64,000 nucleotides of DNA from Dimorphilus gyrociliatus (Eukaryota > Animalia > Annelida), in the NCBI GenBank assembly GCA_904063045.1, contig CAJFCJ010000006.1:4232408-4296407 (forward strand), in the 5' to 3' direction. Below the pieces are notes generated by a model. It worked only from the letters and a program-made list of their open reading frames with translations, was not told the DNA's origin and searched no databases. Within the stretch, counting starts at the first letter, position 1; each line of letters opens with the position of its first letter. The position numbers were made by a program, and so were the translations under genes. Shown in pieces: positions 1-13,286 of the stretch.

Positions 1-3000
1 CTGTTATCATTCTTTTCATTAATTCTACCCATAAGTAAGTATTCTAATAAAGTATTAGGATATAGATAATTAATTAATTTCAATTAAAAAACTAATTTAA
101 ACATGTTTTATTACCATTTTCATTAGTTGATAATCTTTGCCAATCTATTCCCTTCTCAGAATAGTCGCCGTTATTCATATAGTATCCACATAAACTTTTC
201 ATAAAATTACATGATACGTTGATTTCTATTCGTATTAATTAAAGCTATAATTAAGCAAATAAGGTAGATAATAAACATTTACTCTCTGGATGATTTATTG
301 GTGATGAACAATTAATATTATCAATTATTATTTCAGCTATTTTGAATATTGTACTATTAGATAGACTTGAAATAGCTTGAATAATTAATTGATTATCTCC
401 AGTATTAGACAAGATAGATATCTGCAAATTTTTCCACTCGTTTCTTTTAAAAGATGAAAGATTGATAATAGGAATTGTCTTATTATTTTTCTTAAAGTAT
501 ATCTAAGATTATTGCAGAATATTTATAATCCAGCCTAATCTAATATAAGTTTTTTTCACTTACTGATAACATTCCGCAATTTTGAATTATTCTATTATTA
601 GCATCAAAAATACTTAGATTAAAATTGATACATCGTAATTCTCTATTCAAATTTGGCGTTATTAATAAACTACTTTCACCCATGTTTGAATGAGAAGTAT
701 TAACAGTTAAATATCTCTTCTCTGGAATAAAATTGTTAATGTTAATATTCTAAAAATAATATTGAATTTTAGTGATTTTTTTTAATGATTCACCTCTTTT
801 TCTCAAGTTTTCTCCAAGCAAAAACCATTTGAAATGGGATTGTTCATTTAAATTTAATATCTTTAAGTCGTCTAGATTATCGTTAAAAAACCATGATAAA
901 GCTATAATTTAATAAATGTATATATTATATAGTATAAAGTATATAAAGTTATTAAAAATACCTGTAGAACAATTGGAAATTGATAGGCTAATTAATGATA
1001 AAGTTGCTTTAAAATGGTCGTTATTTGGAGATTTTGCATTGAAGTATATCTATGAGAAGATAATGATAAATTTTTTAAATGATTGTGTTTCTATTTCTTC
1101 CTTAATACCATTTCAGCCTTATCATTAATATAAGTTATCCATGTATTTCTATGAAATCTATCCATTACGTGACTATGTAATAAAGTAAGATATTAAAAAA
1201 ATCTTATGTAACACACTCAATGTTTACCTTTTTAATACAGATTTCGATTTACTTTTTAATGATATTGCCACAACATTCCATTCGAATTCCATATTAGAAT
1301 CTAATTTATATGATAAACACAATCTATTAGCCTTGGTTGTCTTTAATTTTGGGATTATTAGTAAAGCTTCGTCATCCAATTTTGAATATCCATTTAAATT
1401 GAATTGATATAGATTATCTGAGGATAAGAATTCAAGAGATTGATAATTAATTAATCTTTATGAATACCTTTCAAATTTCTATTAATCTCCCATTGAAAAG
1501 GCGATAATATGTCATTTTTAAAGCTATAACCGCAAAATACATCATTAAGTTTACAATCTGGAATATTTTGTTGTAAAAAGTTGAAGTTATTACAGATTTA
1601 TTAAAAATAGTATTACAAACCGGAAATTGCATTGGATATGAAAATGCTTGTACTGCATTTAAAATGAAGTAATATATTATCAATCGCAGCGTATGATACT
1701 CTCATTTTCAAACGATTTGTTTGAATTGCTTTAAATACAATCTAATAAGGAAAATGAAGGAAAGAGAGAGAGAGACAGAGAGAGAGAGTGACTGTTTATT
1801 AATTGTATTCTATGATTAATTTATATTACTTTATATTGATTTGGATAAAAGATATAAGATTGCTTCTTCCATAAAAACTTCCCAGAATCCGAAACAGATA
1901 GGATAATAGGATTTTCGTCATTGTTTTTATAAATATAAATCTAAGGAAAAAAGTTAAAATAAATGAATATTCATGAATAATTAATCATAGATTATGATAA
2001 TAAATACCGATAAGCGTGTATTAAAATTACTATAAGAAAATGTTATGCATTGTTTTTCGTGAATTATAAACTCTTTTAGAGCTACAACAGTTACCAGATT
2101 AGTTGAACTTGAACTATCAGCAATTAAAAATGATCCACCTGAATTATTAAAATGAATATTAATTAAATAAATAAATGAATAAATATGAATTTTATACATT
2201 TTTCAAATGATTTCAAACCGAAATATACATTTTTTGTTTTCCATTGAAATTTTTCATATTGAAATTTAACTTCAACATTACAATTATCCAAATTAAAATC
2301 GCACAGTTTCTTTGTCTTTATCCTACAGGGATTTGTCGATAATTTAATATTATCTAGATACATATCTTCCTTTAGCCTCTTCTCGAGAAAATAACTTTCA
2401 AATGATATTCGATTAGTAAATTGAGGTAGTTGAATAAATTTATTAGACAATAAGATTCTCTTCGTAAAATTCTTTTGGCTAAAATAATGAGAAAGTATGT
2501 TTGTAACAAATAAGAAATCAAAAATATAGGCTTAATATAATCTATTGTTTTACTTGTAGATTGTCACCACTAATGCGCAGTTATCTGTAATAGGTCCATA
2601 TTTTGAGAAGAGGTCGAATGTAAGGCATTTTGTTACATTTAATGATGTTTTAATAAAGGGTGATAATAGACGAGTAGGTTTTTCATTTATATCATTACTT
2701 GGAATGATTTTAAGAGCATAATTTTCGTCTGTAAAACGTTATAGTTTAGGGATATAAAATCATAAATAGAATAGATTGAAACCAAATATTTCGTCATTTT
2801 CATCGGAGTCGTATTCAGTTGTTGTTAATTTAGTTCTTATCCAATTTGAACGGTTATTATAATGATCTAATATTGTATAACCACATAGGTCATTGTTAAA
2901 ATTACAAGTGACAAAATTCTTGATGTTCATTGATGAATTAAAAGGAGTTGGAGTAAAATAATTTCCATTGTTATTATAGGTAAAAATTTCTGTTATTAAT

Positions 3001-4127
3001 TAATAAATTCATATAATTTGATTATTAATTATAAAATAGTAATACACAACCTTTAACTACAAGATTTTCAATATTATAATCAATCACTTTCATTTTAAAG
3101 ATTAAATATTGCTTCTTAGGAATTGATTGTTTAATGGAATTATCAATCTCATCCTTTTTAATATTAACATTTTCCTTTGTGTTATTCTTAAAGATCATTT
3201 GAAATGTTGATATGATGCTTCCTTCTTTAAAATGTATATTTTCAATACCAATAAGATTATGTAGCTTACTATTATTGGTATTTTTCATTATTTCAAATAA
3301 TGAGTCAACTAGATATTGTGAAAAGGTTTTATACTCTTTCGTATGAAAATATTTTAAATTTTCAGAGTATTTTTTATCAAATGTTACTCTCATCCAGACA
3401 GTAGCTGTATATATTGATCAAATATATATTGAAATGCATGTATACGGTTTCTAGCACAACTACTGGACAAACAAAAGTTATGAACAACAATTTGATTCGT
3501 GGGCGGTAATTTGTCTGAAAAGATATTGTGTAGGAGCTGAATTATACTCAACTTTTTTCAAACTTTCTAATCCTTAGTTCATTCTGTCTTATAACTAAAA
3601 TTGCTTATGGCCATAAACGCCTACCAGTCTTACGAAAAGGTGAAATTTTTTATTATCCGTATGCCTGTCTAGTAGTTGTACTTGTTATTGTAATATAATT
3701 TTTGTATACCTTTATATTCTCTTAGATATTCGTCATTAAGTGAAACTGATGAAATAAAAAGATCCTATTAGATCATTTTAAATGGTTGACAAAACTAAAT
3801 TAACCTGTTTTTAAGAAGTAGACACATAGAACAACCGTTATACTGATAAGTAATATAGATAATATTATAAATGCTAATAAACATTTTCTTCTTCTATTGA
3901 AGACTTTTTCTTTATCTTTACCATGCAAGTCATCATTGTCAGATAATTCTAATGGTACTACTTTAGACGAATTCTTTCTTGGAGATCCTTTACATTGATT
4001 CTTGGAATTTGAATTAACCTATTCAAATGTATATATTATAACAAATTATCCAGTAACAGTTTATTTACTGTAGATATTCTGAAAAAGAAGAAAATTGAAG
4101 AGAAAATACCTCAAGATTTGTAGACAT
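1..4127 (-). CDS. Type II transmembrane protein with SEA domain and tandem divergent MAM domains (multi-exon, 3' end runs off the window)
   Basis: Spliced minus-strand reading from ATG 4127: short cytoplasmic part, basic stretch plus TM (NRRRKCLLAFIILSILLISITVVLCVYFL, ~3810-3900), SEA-like segment (VTFDKKYSENLK...FKEGSIISTFQMIF, ORF 3025-3393), then repeated MAM-type starts: TCNFNNDLCGY...W (~2900), LCDFNLDNC...FQW (~2310), CKLNDVFCGY...FQW (~1550), SCNFMKSLCGY...DWQR (~190). Also RLLSPF...CLTF (~2650). The full exon chain was not resolved. Confidence 0.7.
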
Positions 4128-4551
4128 ATCTCCTGAAAAGTTAATATTTCAAATTCTTATATTCAATTAAAATGAGTATCTGAGTATTCTTTCTGTACGT
4201 ATGAACAGTAGGAAATGTTATAATTTCTACTGTATTGTACTATTTGAAAGACGAGCTAACATAAAATTGAATCCCAGTTATGTGTTTATATTATTAGAAT
4301 ATAAATATATATATAAATAACAATAGAACAGATATAATACCAATCAATATCTAATATAAAACAGAAATACCTATCTTTCTAAGTTTCATTCAATACAGTA
4401 TATTTTTCGATTGTTTACCTTATTGAATATAAAAAACAGTGTTACAAAATGTTATAATTTTATTAGAAATACAATAAGAGTTATATATTTTATATAATGT
4501 TTTGTTTATTGCTGCTGTAGTTTTGCTGTTGTATTTTTGCTGCTGCTAATT

Positions 4552-5868
4552 CTAAGTGTTACTACATTTTTTAAGATTTCTCAAAACTTCTTGTCCAATT
4601 GAAGTGCGTAATAGATTATTATTTGAGAATACCATTCCATGAAAATTTAAAACGTATACGCTAAATAGCTCTGGTAAATTGAAGTTGAACACAACTTCTT
4701 GATAATTTATTCCAGTATTCAAATTATTTGGTATTATTTCAATTTTATTCACAAGTTCTGTATTTACCATTTCATTTTGCATAAAGTCATTACTTTTTAT
4801 ATAAATTGGTAATGATTGACTTTTCTTTACAATTGCCGATACTAGTTGATTCTCTAGAAAGGTACTTTCTCTGTAATCTTCCTTAAAATACATATCAAAT
4901 TTACTAATGTTTAGAATATATTCTGATGTCTGAGTACAATAATATGATTTACAAGAGAATTCGGGCAATATTAAAATTCTTCCAAGCATTTTAGAGAGAA
5001 TTAATGCATTCAAAATCTGTAAAAATTCCATTTCACTATTTCTCTTTTGGTTATCTATAGCAAGATTCTTATAGGTTAAATACTTGTTTGTTGTACTTGA
5101 ATAATAGCTGTCAGTGTCTAATGTCCACATTAAATGTTCTTTAAGTCTATAAATCTTATTCAGCTTGTTCTTCGTCCAATTGTTATTAATGAGAATGCAA
5201 TTAGGGCATATGTTTTTACGATAGAGAGGATAAAGATTAAAAAAGTTGAATCCATTACGAGATATATTAGCGTCAAACGATAGAAACTTAATAATTCCTT
5301 TTCTTAGCAATAAACTCAAAGTTTTATTAATACTTTCTTTTGGATCTTTTTCAAATTTCGCTTTAAAAACTATATAATGAAACAAACTTTTACAAATTTT
5401 AGATGGTCTAATAAGATAAAATCCACTCTGGAAATTCTTACTACCATCAAGAGAAATAATATAATCGCAATCTAAACAAGAAATATATTTCCAAGGATTT
5501 TTGAGAAAGGAAACATCGGCATCACTTATTATTATTTCATAGTCATTTCTTATTGCTATGTAAACGATTCTAAATTTTATCTTCATTAATAAATCACTTC
5601 CAAATAAAGTGTCCTCGTTGGAATAGCTACTATAAGTCTCGTAATGAAAAATAGGAATATTTTTACTTTCAAAGTATTTACAAACATTCTCCTCTAAGCA
5701 TATTAACAAAAAATTCTCAATATTATTGCCTTTAATCGAAAAATAATAGAAATTCTCCGCTAACTCACTATTATTGTCATAAACAAATGTTAAGGTGATT
5801 TTCTTATCGTTTGAGAAACTTCTTAAAGCGTCGAGAAATTTGTTATTTTCAATCTTTGTATGGAGCAT
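4552..5868 (-). CDS. Nucleotide-diphospho-sugar transferase (PF03407 / GT77-like glycosyltransferase)
   Basis: Uninterrupted 438-aa ORF with DxD motif in IISDADVSFLKNPW, SGFYLIRP motif and C-terminal ALILSKMLGRILILPEFSC segment. An upstream TM exon, if any, was not found. Confidence 0.72.
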   Translation of the reverse strand: MLHTKIENNKFLDALRSFSNDKKITLTFVYDNNSELAENFYYFSIKGNNIENFLLICLEENVCKYFESKNIPIFHYETYSSYSNEDTLFGSDLLMKIKFRIVYIAIRNDYEIIISDADVSFLKNPWKYISCLDCDYIISLDGSKNFQSGFYLIRPSKICKSLFHYIVFKAKFEKDPKESINKTLSLLLRKGIIKFLSFDANISRNGFNFFNLYPLYRKNICPNCILINNNWTKNKLNKIYRLKEHLMWTLDTDSYYSSTTNKYLTYKNLAIDNQKRNSEMEFLQILNALILSKMLGRILILPEFSCKSYYCTQTSEYILNISKFDMYFKEDYRESTFLENQLVSAIVKKSQSLPIYIKSNDFMQNEMVNTELVNKIEIIPNNLNTGINYQEVVFNFNLPELFSVYVLNFHGMVFSNNNLLRTSIGQEVLRNLKKCSNT

Positions 5869-6809
5869 TGAAATTATTAATTTTATTTAGAATGATGGCT
5901 GAAAACGCTAACATGAAAACCGTTTAACATATCTTAACCTAAATAGTCTAGGTTAGTGATATTATACATTTTTATTGGAGGTTAGAATCATCTTCATATT
6001 GCTATGGAGTTTACATCAAGATAAAAATCCATTTTATGTTTCTGAATTATTATCTATTTTTCGTGTTAGCACCTTAAGCTATCATCCCTTACAAATTAAC
6101 TTACAGATTGCATCAGGAGTTTCACGTCCCTCTCAATAATATTCAAGTTATTCTGTCGACAATAACAATAATCAGCAAGCGCGTATACCTTTATGTACTT
6201 ATACCTTCTATACTTACAGATTTGCTTCTAAAGTAGTTTATATTTAAATCTAGTGGATAAAGCAGTAGTATAATGATAGGTACGCTTACTGACAAAACAG
6301 CTAGTCGAAATATTGGAGGTAAACGCATTATCTATCAGCTTTGCAACAATATTAACTATTAGAAAATCTTAATATTCTTCCTTCTTTTCAAGTCAATGCT
6401 AAAATGTTTTTCTTTAATATAAAGTACTCAGTAAAGTCCATAACCTTCGAACTAATTATGGTACCACAGTATTAAATATTCTCTAGAGCTATACTACATC
6501 GTCTGTCATAAAAAGAGGATAAAGATATACAATTTTACTTATAAAATTTGCTATTGAACTTTGTATGAAATAAAACTGAAAAGAAGTTGTTTATCCAATC
6601 TAGAAATATTGAACAAAGAACAAACTAATAAAAAAGCAAACAAAGTTTTTGAATGGCAAAAAAGGAAAAGTTTAGTCTTTTTGCCAAAAGAAAAAAAAAA
6701 TATTACTAAATTTTTGTCTCTTTAAATTTGTTAAATGGCAACAGAATATAATTAACAAAATAACAAAAAAACGTTGACTTTAAATCAGAAAAAAAAGGAA
6801 AAATGATTT

Positions 6810-9708
6810 TTAACGAATTTCCAAAATATCAATAATAAGAGAGAATACATCGTGATTTGTTGATTTTTCATTCATATCCTTCTTCAGCTTGTCTATAATT
6901 CCAGCTTTCTTTGCCAATGGAACGTAGATTTTACCTGAAAGTGTTATACAATTAAAAATGGCAAAGAATTTCATATAAAAGTTATATAATTACTATTATC
7001 TTTGCAAAAGTATCGTATAGTCCACAAAGCCCATAATTTTGCTGCTTTTACATCGGAATCCAATAGGGGGAGAAGACAATCGAAATTCTTGTACGAAACA
7101 AAAACTTTAATATCGCTTGTCCAAAATTCAATATTACGTAGCTTTATTAAACAATTTATTAAAATTATTAGTGCTCTCCATGCCAAAGATTTAATAATAC
7201 AAACCAAAAGATATTCATATTTATTATATGAAAATTCAGAAGGTAATCTCCTATCTCTATTTAAGTTACCTATATAAATAAATATTTATTGCTTATCTAT
7301 TAAAACTATCAACTTTTATTAAAAGTTCAATTTGTAACTTACGTAATACCAAAACGTGTGAAAGTATCCCTCCGGCAGCGTGAGAAATTGACACTTTATT
7401 ACTTTTAAGCGTCTCAGCAATATAAAATAATAATTCAGCGTCGTTAATCAATTCCCACCACGAATTGGAATAAACTAGAGCGTTATACTAAATTACAGAA
7501 AAAAAATTAAAGAATATAGAATACTCTAAAGAAACAAATTACCAAAATTCCAAGTACATTTCCAACTAAGCTCAAAAAATTTATTCGACCGTGTAAAACC
7601 TATAAAAAGTTGATTGTTATAAAAACAAGAAATTTTCATAAAAGTTCCCTTTCTACCTTTAATATCTCCAAGAGAATATTTCTTATATTTTTCCGAAGAA
7701 AATTATCTGCTATCTTTGGACTATCAACAGTAATACGTAATAAATTTTGAAACAATAATTCCATTTTCCATAGAATTTCAGTAATTCTACTATGCTCATT
7801 ATATGGCTGATGTAAATTCAACATATCTTTAAAAATGTTTAATATCCCACTACTTCCCTCAAAAGACGAAAAAATAGTTTGAACATCTTCAACAATTTCT
7901 ATTATTTCATTTCCTAACAGCTTTGTTAAAAGTAATGAATATATAAATATTATATAAAATATATACAGTATTTAAAATAATTACAGTTTTTTCATTAAAA
8001 ATTTTACAAAAATCAGCAAATATATCGGAAACTCTCTGACATCCCATCTTAAATTCTTCACTTTCAAAAAAGTTTCGCTTGCTTAATTTAATTTCCGGTA
8101 AATGCAAGATAAACTTTATGAAACATAAATGATATTTCTATTCGTTGTTAGATTTATAGTTAAAAAGAGAAAAAGAAACATTATTTGTACGTTTTCTAAA
8201 AGATAAATAGAAATTGATAAAAGAAATCGTTACCTCAGATAAAAGATGAATATTATCTTCTAGAATACATAAAAAAGAATCCGTGTTAATAATCATATTT
8301 TTTATGCACTTATTTACTATATTTCTCATAAGAGATTTGCTTATAGATGGTCCAAGATGACATATAATTTTATGAATACATGAAAATATTGCATTATCTC
8401 CATTGATAGATACGTTAACCAATCGCAAATAAGTAATATCTTCAAGTAAAATCTGTTGATTGAATATCAATAACAATAATTATTATTATATAAATATATA
8501 AACATTAAATATATTTAATGCATTATAGTTACATTAAGAATTTTTAAAAGACAAGTTTTATCGATACTGTCATAGTTTTCATTCAATTCTTGTTCCATAT
8601 AGTTGAAAAAGTTAGGCTCAAAAATCAGGCATTCCTTAAAAGTAGCAAGTGTGTTCAACTGTTGTACAAAGTCATTAACTCCTAGAATCTAATATTTAAA
8701 AAAAGAAAAACACAAATACTTAATATATTCAAGTCAATTCTATTGTAGTATACGTTACACTGATTTTAGGCCTATACTCGGGCGATTCAGGATTCATAAA
8801 CGGAAAATCTTCGTGGCCTTGAACAAAACCTAAACATTCAAGTCTATTATGCCTATCAACGAAAGATCTAGAAAATGGAAATAATTATAAAAAAGGAATT
8901 GGTTGATTAGTAGGTCAAATAATATTTACTTGAATTTTTCCGATTTAACAACATAGCATGTTGCTAAAACCAAAATTCTTAAACTTAAGTACGTTCTGTT
9001 CAGAATAGGATCAAGATCGCAACTCTCATTATTTAGCATAACCATCGCCTCTATCATATTAGATTCCGGAATATTAAGAACAAGAGTTTTAGACATAGCT
9101 GAGCAATTAATATACTTTAAATATTTCAAATTTTCCATGTATTCAAGTCTTGTCACTTCTGTAGCGGAAATGTTTAAATTTTCCAAATTTTTACATTCTT
9201 TACAAACAACAAGAAAATATTCATCATCGAAATCCGAAAAACTAATATTCAAAGTAGTTACTCCATTAAATCTTCCTATCCAATCGACATCCATAACTAT
9301 ATTCATATTATCATCTTGTTGGATGGCACCATAAAAGTTTACTTTAGTTAAAGTCAAATTGCTCAAATCGTTTGGTTCTACGTATTCTAAACATTGGCGA
9401 ACACTGCCATCTTCTATGTGCATTAATTCTAAATTAGTTAATAAGTGCCCTTTCAAGAAAGACATTGTAGAAAAATCGTGAATTTTTGAACAGTTTATCA
9501 TCACATTTTGTAGGAGGCATCTCTCTTTTTTGAAATATTGTAAATAATCTTCGGAAATTCCCTCATCCTCTGCGCATATACTATTTAATACTTTATCAGC
9601 ATAATAGAGCGGAGTAAGTAAATTATCCAGTTTTAAACTAAATATCTTATGTGAATTCAATCGAATAATTTCGATGCTCAAATCCTCTAAAGACGGAACA
9701 ACGGCCAT
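6810..9708 (-). CDS. ZYG11/ZER1-like protein (BC/VHL box, LRRs, ARM repeats; putative CRL2 substrate adaptor), multi-exon
   Basis: N-terminal VPSLEDLSIEII, LRR-type repeats (LTNLELMH, VTTLNISFS, LENLNISAT, LKYINCS), C-terminal VSYKNFDCLLPLLDS...LWALWTIRYFC resembling the ZYG11/ZER1 C-terminus. The last exon ends ...DILEIR* at 6810. Confidence 0.72.
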
Positions 9709-11216
9709 TTTCTCTAAAGATGATTTCTATGGATTACATAGACAATTCATTGATTAGCTTGATAATGAGATAACTGACAAGTTTATTAAGGTGGCCATCT
9801 TGGATTCAAAAAGCTAGGCTATTCAAACCAAATGTTACTTTCATAATTACTCTCGGCGACCATATTGATTTTGATACCAAAATCATTAAGTTAATTAACT
9901 AATAATATCTTTACTTACTAATAGAACAAAGTCGAAAATTCCAAAAGTTTCTAACAAGTAGTCAACACAAAAAAGAATAAAAATGGCGCTAATAATTCTC
10001 TTACATAGCTCAGTCAGTCACCCAAGTTACTTGAGCTCTATCAGAAATTGGCAACTTTCTATTGACCTCATTTATATGTCGCTTTTTTGTGGAAATGCAT
10101 GGTAGAAAGTCGATTTGACAGAAAAAATTGAAATCTATGCTATTTCCATGATTAACAGAAAATGATGATTGTTACAGTGTCAACAGACAAGCAGCATTTT
10201 GTTACATTCTGTACAAACAATCAAAAAATCTTGCATTATACGATTGTCATGGCAATATAAGTTATCTCAAACCACTTTGTTTAAGAGATAATGCATATAT
10301 TAGAAAATTTTATAAAGAAACTTTGTTTAGTTGTCTATCAATTCCAGTTTTTTTTAACTTATCAATTACAAAGTTCAGCTATAGTTGTATTACTAAAACA
10401 TTACGTTACATCAGTTAGCGAAAGCGATATTACTTGCAAAGAAAAACTTGTTTAAATACCTCTTAAATACAAAATTGTATTTAAAACAACTCAATACTTT
10501 GTTGAAGAAATTGTTATTGACTTGCAAACATACAACTTGAAAAGACATAATACTTTATATAAGCACACCCCATAAAATAACGTTTTATCCTGTAACAACC
10601 AAAGCAGATAAATCTTTAGAGTCAAATTGTAAAGTAAATTGTTAAGTAAACAGCTTGAAAATGGAATAAAATCGATTTTTCTACTTTTCCAATACTGATG
10701 TTGTTAAAGCGTATAACTTCTACTATAAGATAAGATTATTTCTGTAAAAGGAATACTTTTGATTTATTTAATATCTTAATTTTTCATAATTTCTTAATAA
10801 AAAACAAACGAATTATCATATAACAGTGTAAAATTTCAATTCTAAATAAAGTTGTTCTATATGAGTCAATGACTTACAAGAGATGCAAACGTAGAAGATG
10901 TAAAGATTCTTTCAATAATTGTTGACAATATTTTTACTTAAACTTTTAAGATCTGTATATTCAATATTATATTAATCGAAGATAAAAGAACTGCTCTTGT
11001 GTACATTGTGATCAAAAAATATATTAAAATATTCTATTTCAGAATACTAATTAACGTAATAAAGTTAATGACACTCCTTTGAAATCGCATTTTAGCTTTA
11101 CCACACCTATGTTTATAACAATTCTTATTGGACTAATATTCATGAGAAGTTTAGTATAAAAATTAATCCGTTCGTCTAATTCTTTATCATATTTTCTTCT
11201 ACAAGGAACTCTTTAA

Positions 11217-12302
11217 ATGATGAACAACTCTTCAAACGGTTCCACTAACGAAACTGTTGAATCAGAATCATATTTGCTGGGCCATGTTAAACATATTAAT
11301 GTGTCAGTTACTGTACTTTATTCCTTAGTATGGATTCTTGGAATTTTTGGAAATATTATGTGTTTTTTAGTAAATGGTAGACCAAAACTTAAACATACAA
11401 CAATGTCACTATATTTAAGAGTTATCGCCGTTTTTGACATCTTTGCAGTTTCTTTCCTTTGTATTTTTCAACCGTCTGAACTATACTTTGGCTTTTTCGG
11501 AGAAAACATTAACAAAGTTACTTTAAAATATCTATATTGCGTATTCTATTCCCATTGTTCATTTTTTACTGTGGTAGCTAGTGCATGGCTGGTTGTAGCT
11601 ATGACTTTAGACAGAAGTATCTACTTTTTCATACCTTTGAAGGCAAATAAGATTTGCACTAGATTTAGGGCTAAATTAATTTGTGGAGCAGTTATTGTAA
11701 TTAATTTTTTCCTTTTTATCTACTATTATCCCCTATATGGTCCTGGAAAAATGTCATACTTTATAAATAAAGAAAATAGATGGCTCTACTATTATGATTG
11801 TCAGGCAACATCGGAAAAAGGCACATTATTTGGACATACTATTATGTTGCAGTATATGATGTTTGTCGGATCTATAATACCGTCTGCACTCCTTATAATT
11901 GTTAATTCCGCAATTATAGTCACCTTAGCCAAATCAAATAAAGCGAGAAGTACAGTATCTTCAGCTAATACGGAAGAAGAATCTAAAAAACTTACTCAGC
12001 TTACGATTACTTTAGTAAGCATATCTTTGTATTACGTCTTCTCTACATTGCCACTGTATGCTAGTAACGTCTCACAGTACTATAGTGGTGCCTGGAGTTC
12101 TAGCTCAGAAGCGGATTTAAGATGGGTTATGTATTCTGGATATTTGGCACCCCTGGCGGCAAGCAACAATGCCTTAAATTTTTACCTCTATTGTTTAACG
12201 GGAGCGACTTTCAGAAATGAATTCAAGCGAATGATTGGTATAGCTAGTGATAAATCACATGCGACAGAAACTTCGAAAACAAATGTTTCAACAGTTTTAT
12301 AA
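11217..12302 (+). CDS. Class A (rhodopsin-like) peptide GPCR, FMRFamide-receptor-like group, intronless
   Basis: 361 aa, seven hydrophobic segments, N-terminal N-glycosylation sequons, GN in TM1, MTLDRS (DRY-like), NNALNFYLYCLTGATFRNEF in TM7/helix 8. Confidence 0.9.
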   Translation: MMNNSSNGSTNETVESESYLLGHVKHINVSVTVLYSLVWILGIFGNIMCFLVNGRPKLKHTTMSLYLRVIAVFDIFAVSFLCIFQPSELYFGFFGENINKVTLKYLYCVFYSHCSFFTVVASAWLVVAMTLDRSIYFFIPLKANKICTRFRAKLICGAVIVINFFLFIYYYPLYGPGKMSYFINKENRWLYYYDCQATSEKGTLFGHTIMLQYMMFVGSIIPSALLIIVNSAIIVTLAKSNKARSTVSSANTEEESKKLTQLTITLVSISLYYVFSTLPLYASNVSQYYSGAWSSSSEADLRWVMYSGYLAPLAASNNALNFYLYCLTGATFRNEFKRMIGIASDKSHATETSKTNVSTVL

Positions 12303-13286
12303 CAAAACAAAAAAATTCACTTACTATGTCACTACTTGTCTATGTTCCTAGCAATTGTAATACTGATTGTATTGTAAATTTACTAACGGAAAATATTCCT
12401 CCATTCTTTTCAATCAGAAAAATTATATTTAAAGAGTTTTTTATCAATAATTCAACTTTACGTTCATGTATATAATTGATAGTTTTTTTGAGAATAAAAA
12501 AGAGAAGAGTTGATCAATATCATTGAGTTGTTAAATGAAGATAAAATGAGTATAATATCAATTAGTCAGTAAATATTTCAGCTTACTTCATACTGCAATT
12601 TTATTGGTAATATTAAGAAAAGCTACTCTCCAGTTGCAGCTAATTTTCCTATTTTCTCAAAACAAATTTAACTTTAATCGAACTTGTAATACTAGTAGTA
12701 AATTATCTTGATTTTATGCTGAAAGTATAATGAAGATGTATTGGCTGCTTTCACACACGAAACATATACAGTAGTTTTAATTGCTATTTATAGAATTAAA
12801 TTTTTCACGTTCTATAAGAGTTTAAAGTTCGAAAAACGAATATGACTTTAAAAGGATTTATATTTCTCGTTTCCTCTGACCTTTTACTATTTTTTTAATA
12901 ATCTTAATAATATCCAAGTTATTATATTACTTTATCATATTCGAAAAGGTCACGAATTGCTTAATTTCTTATACTGTTTATTGGCTCCTTTCATTTTTAT
13001 AGAGTGTCACATGAACTCTTTCCTCATCATATACAGAATATAAATATGAAGAATTAGACTATAAAATACATTTTATTAGTATACAGTATATCATATAAAA
13101 ACTCATTCAGAGAACTTGAAAGATAAAATTGTTCTTTTACCACAAAATTTCTACCACTTCCGCATATTTTGTATTTGTTGTGAAAAAGCATCTGCCTTAA
13201 CCAGCACAAAGATTACAGATAAGGCTCCCTTCTCCCTTTAAAAAATTTGGAAATTACAATCATAGTCATTCTTTCTCAAATTGACA

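Noticed and set aside
2421-2430. TGAGGTAGT, identical to the start of let-7
   Set aside because: The match stops after 9 nt, there is no hairpin, and it lies antisense within the MAM-protein coding region.
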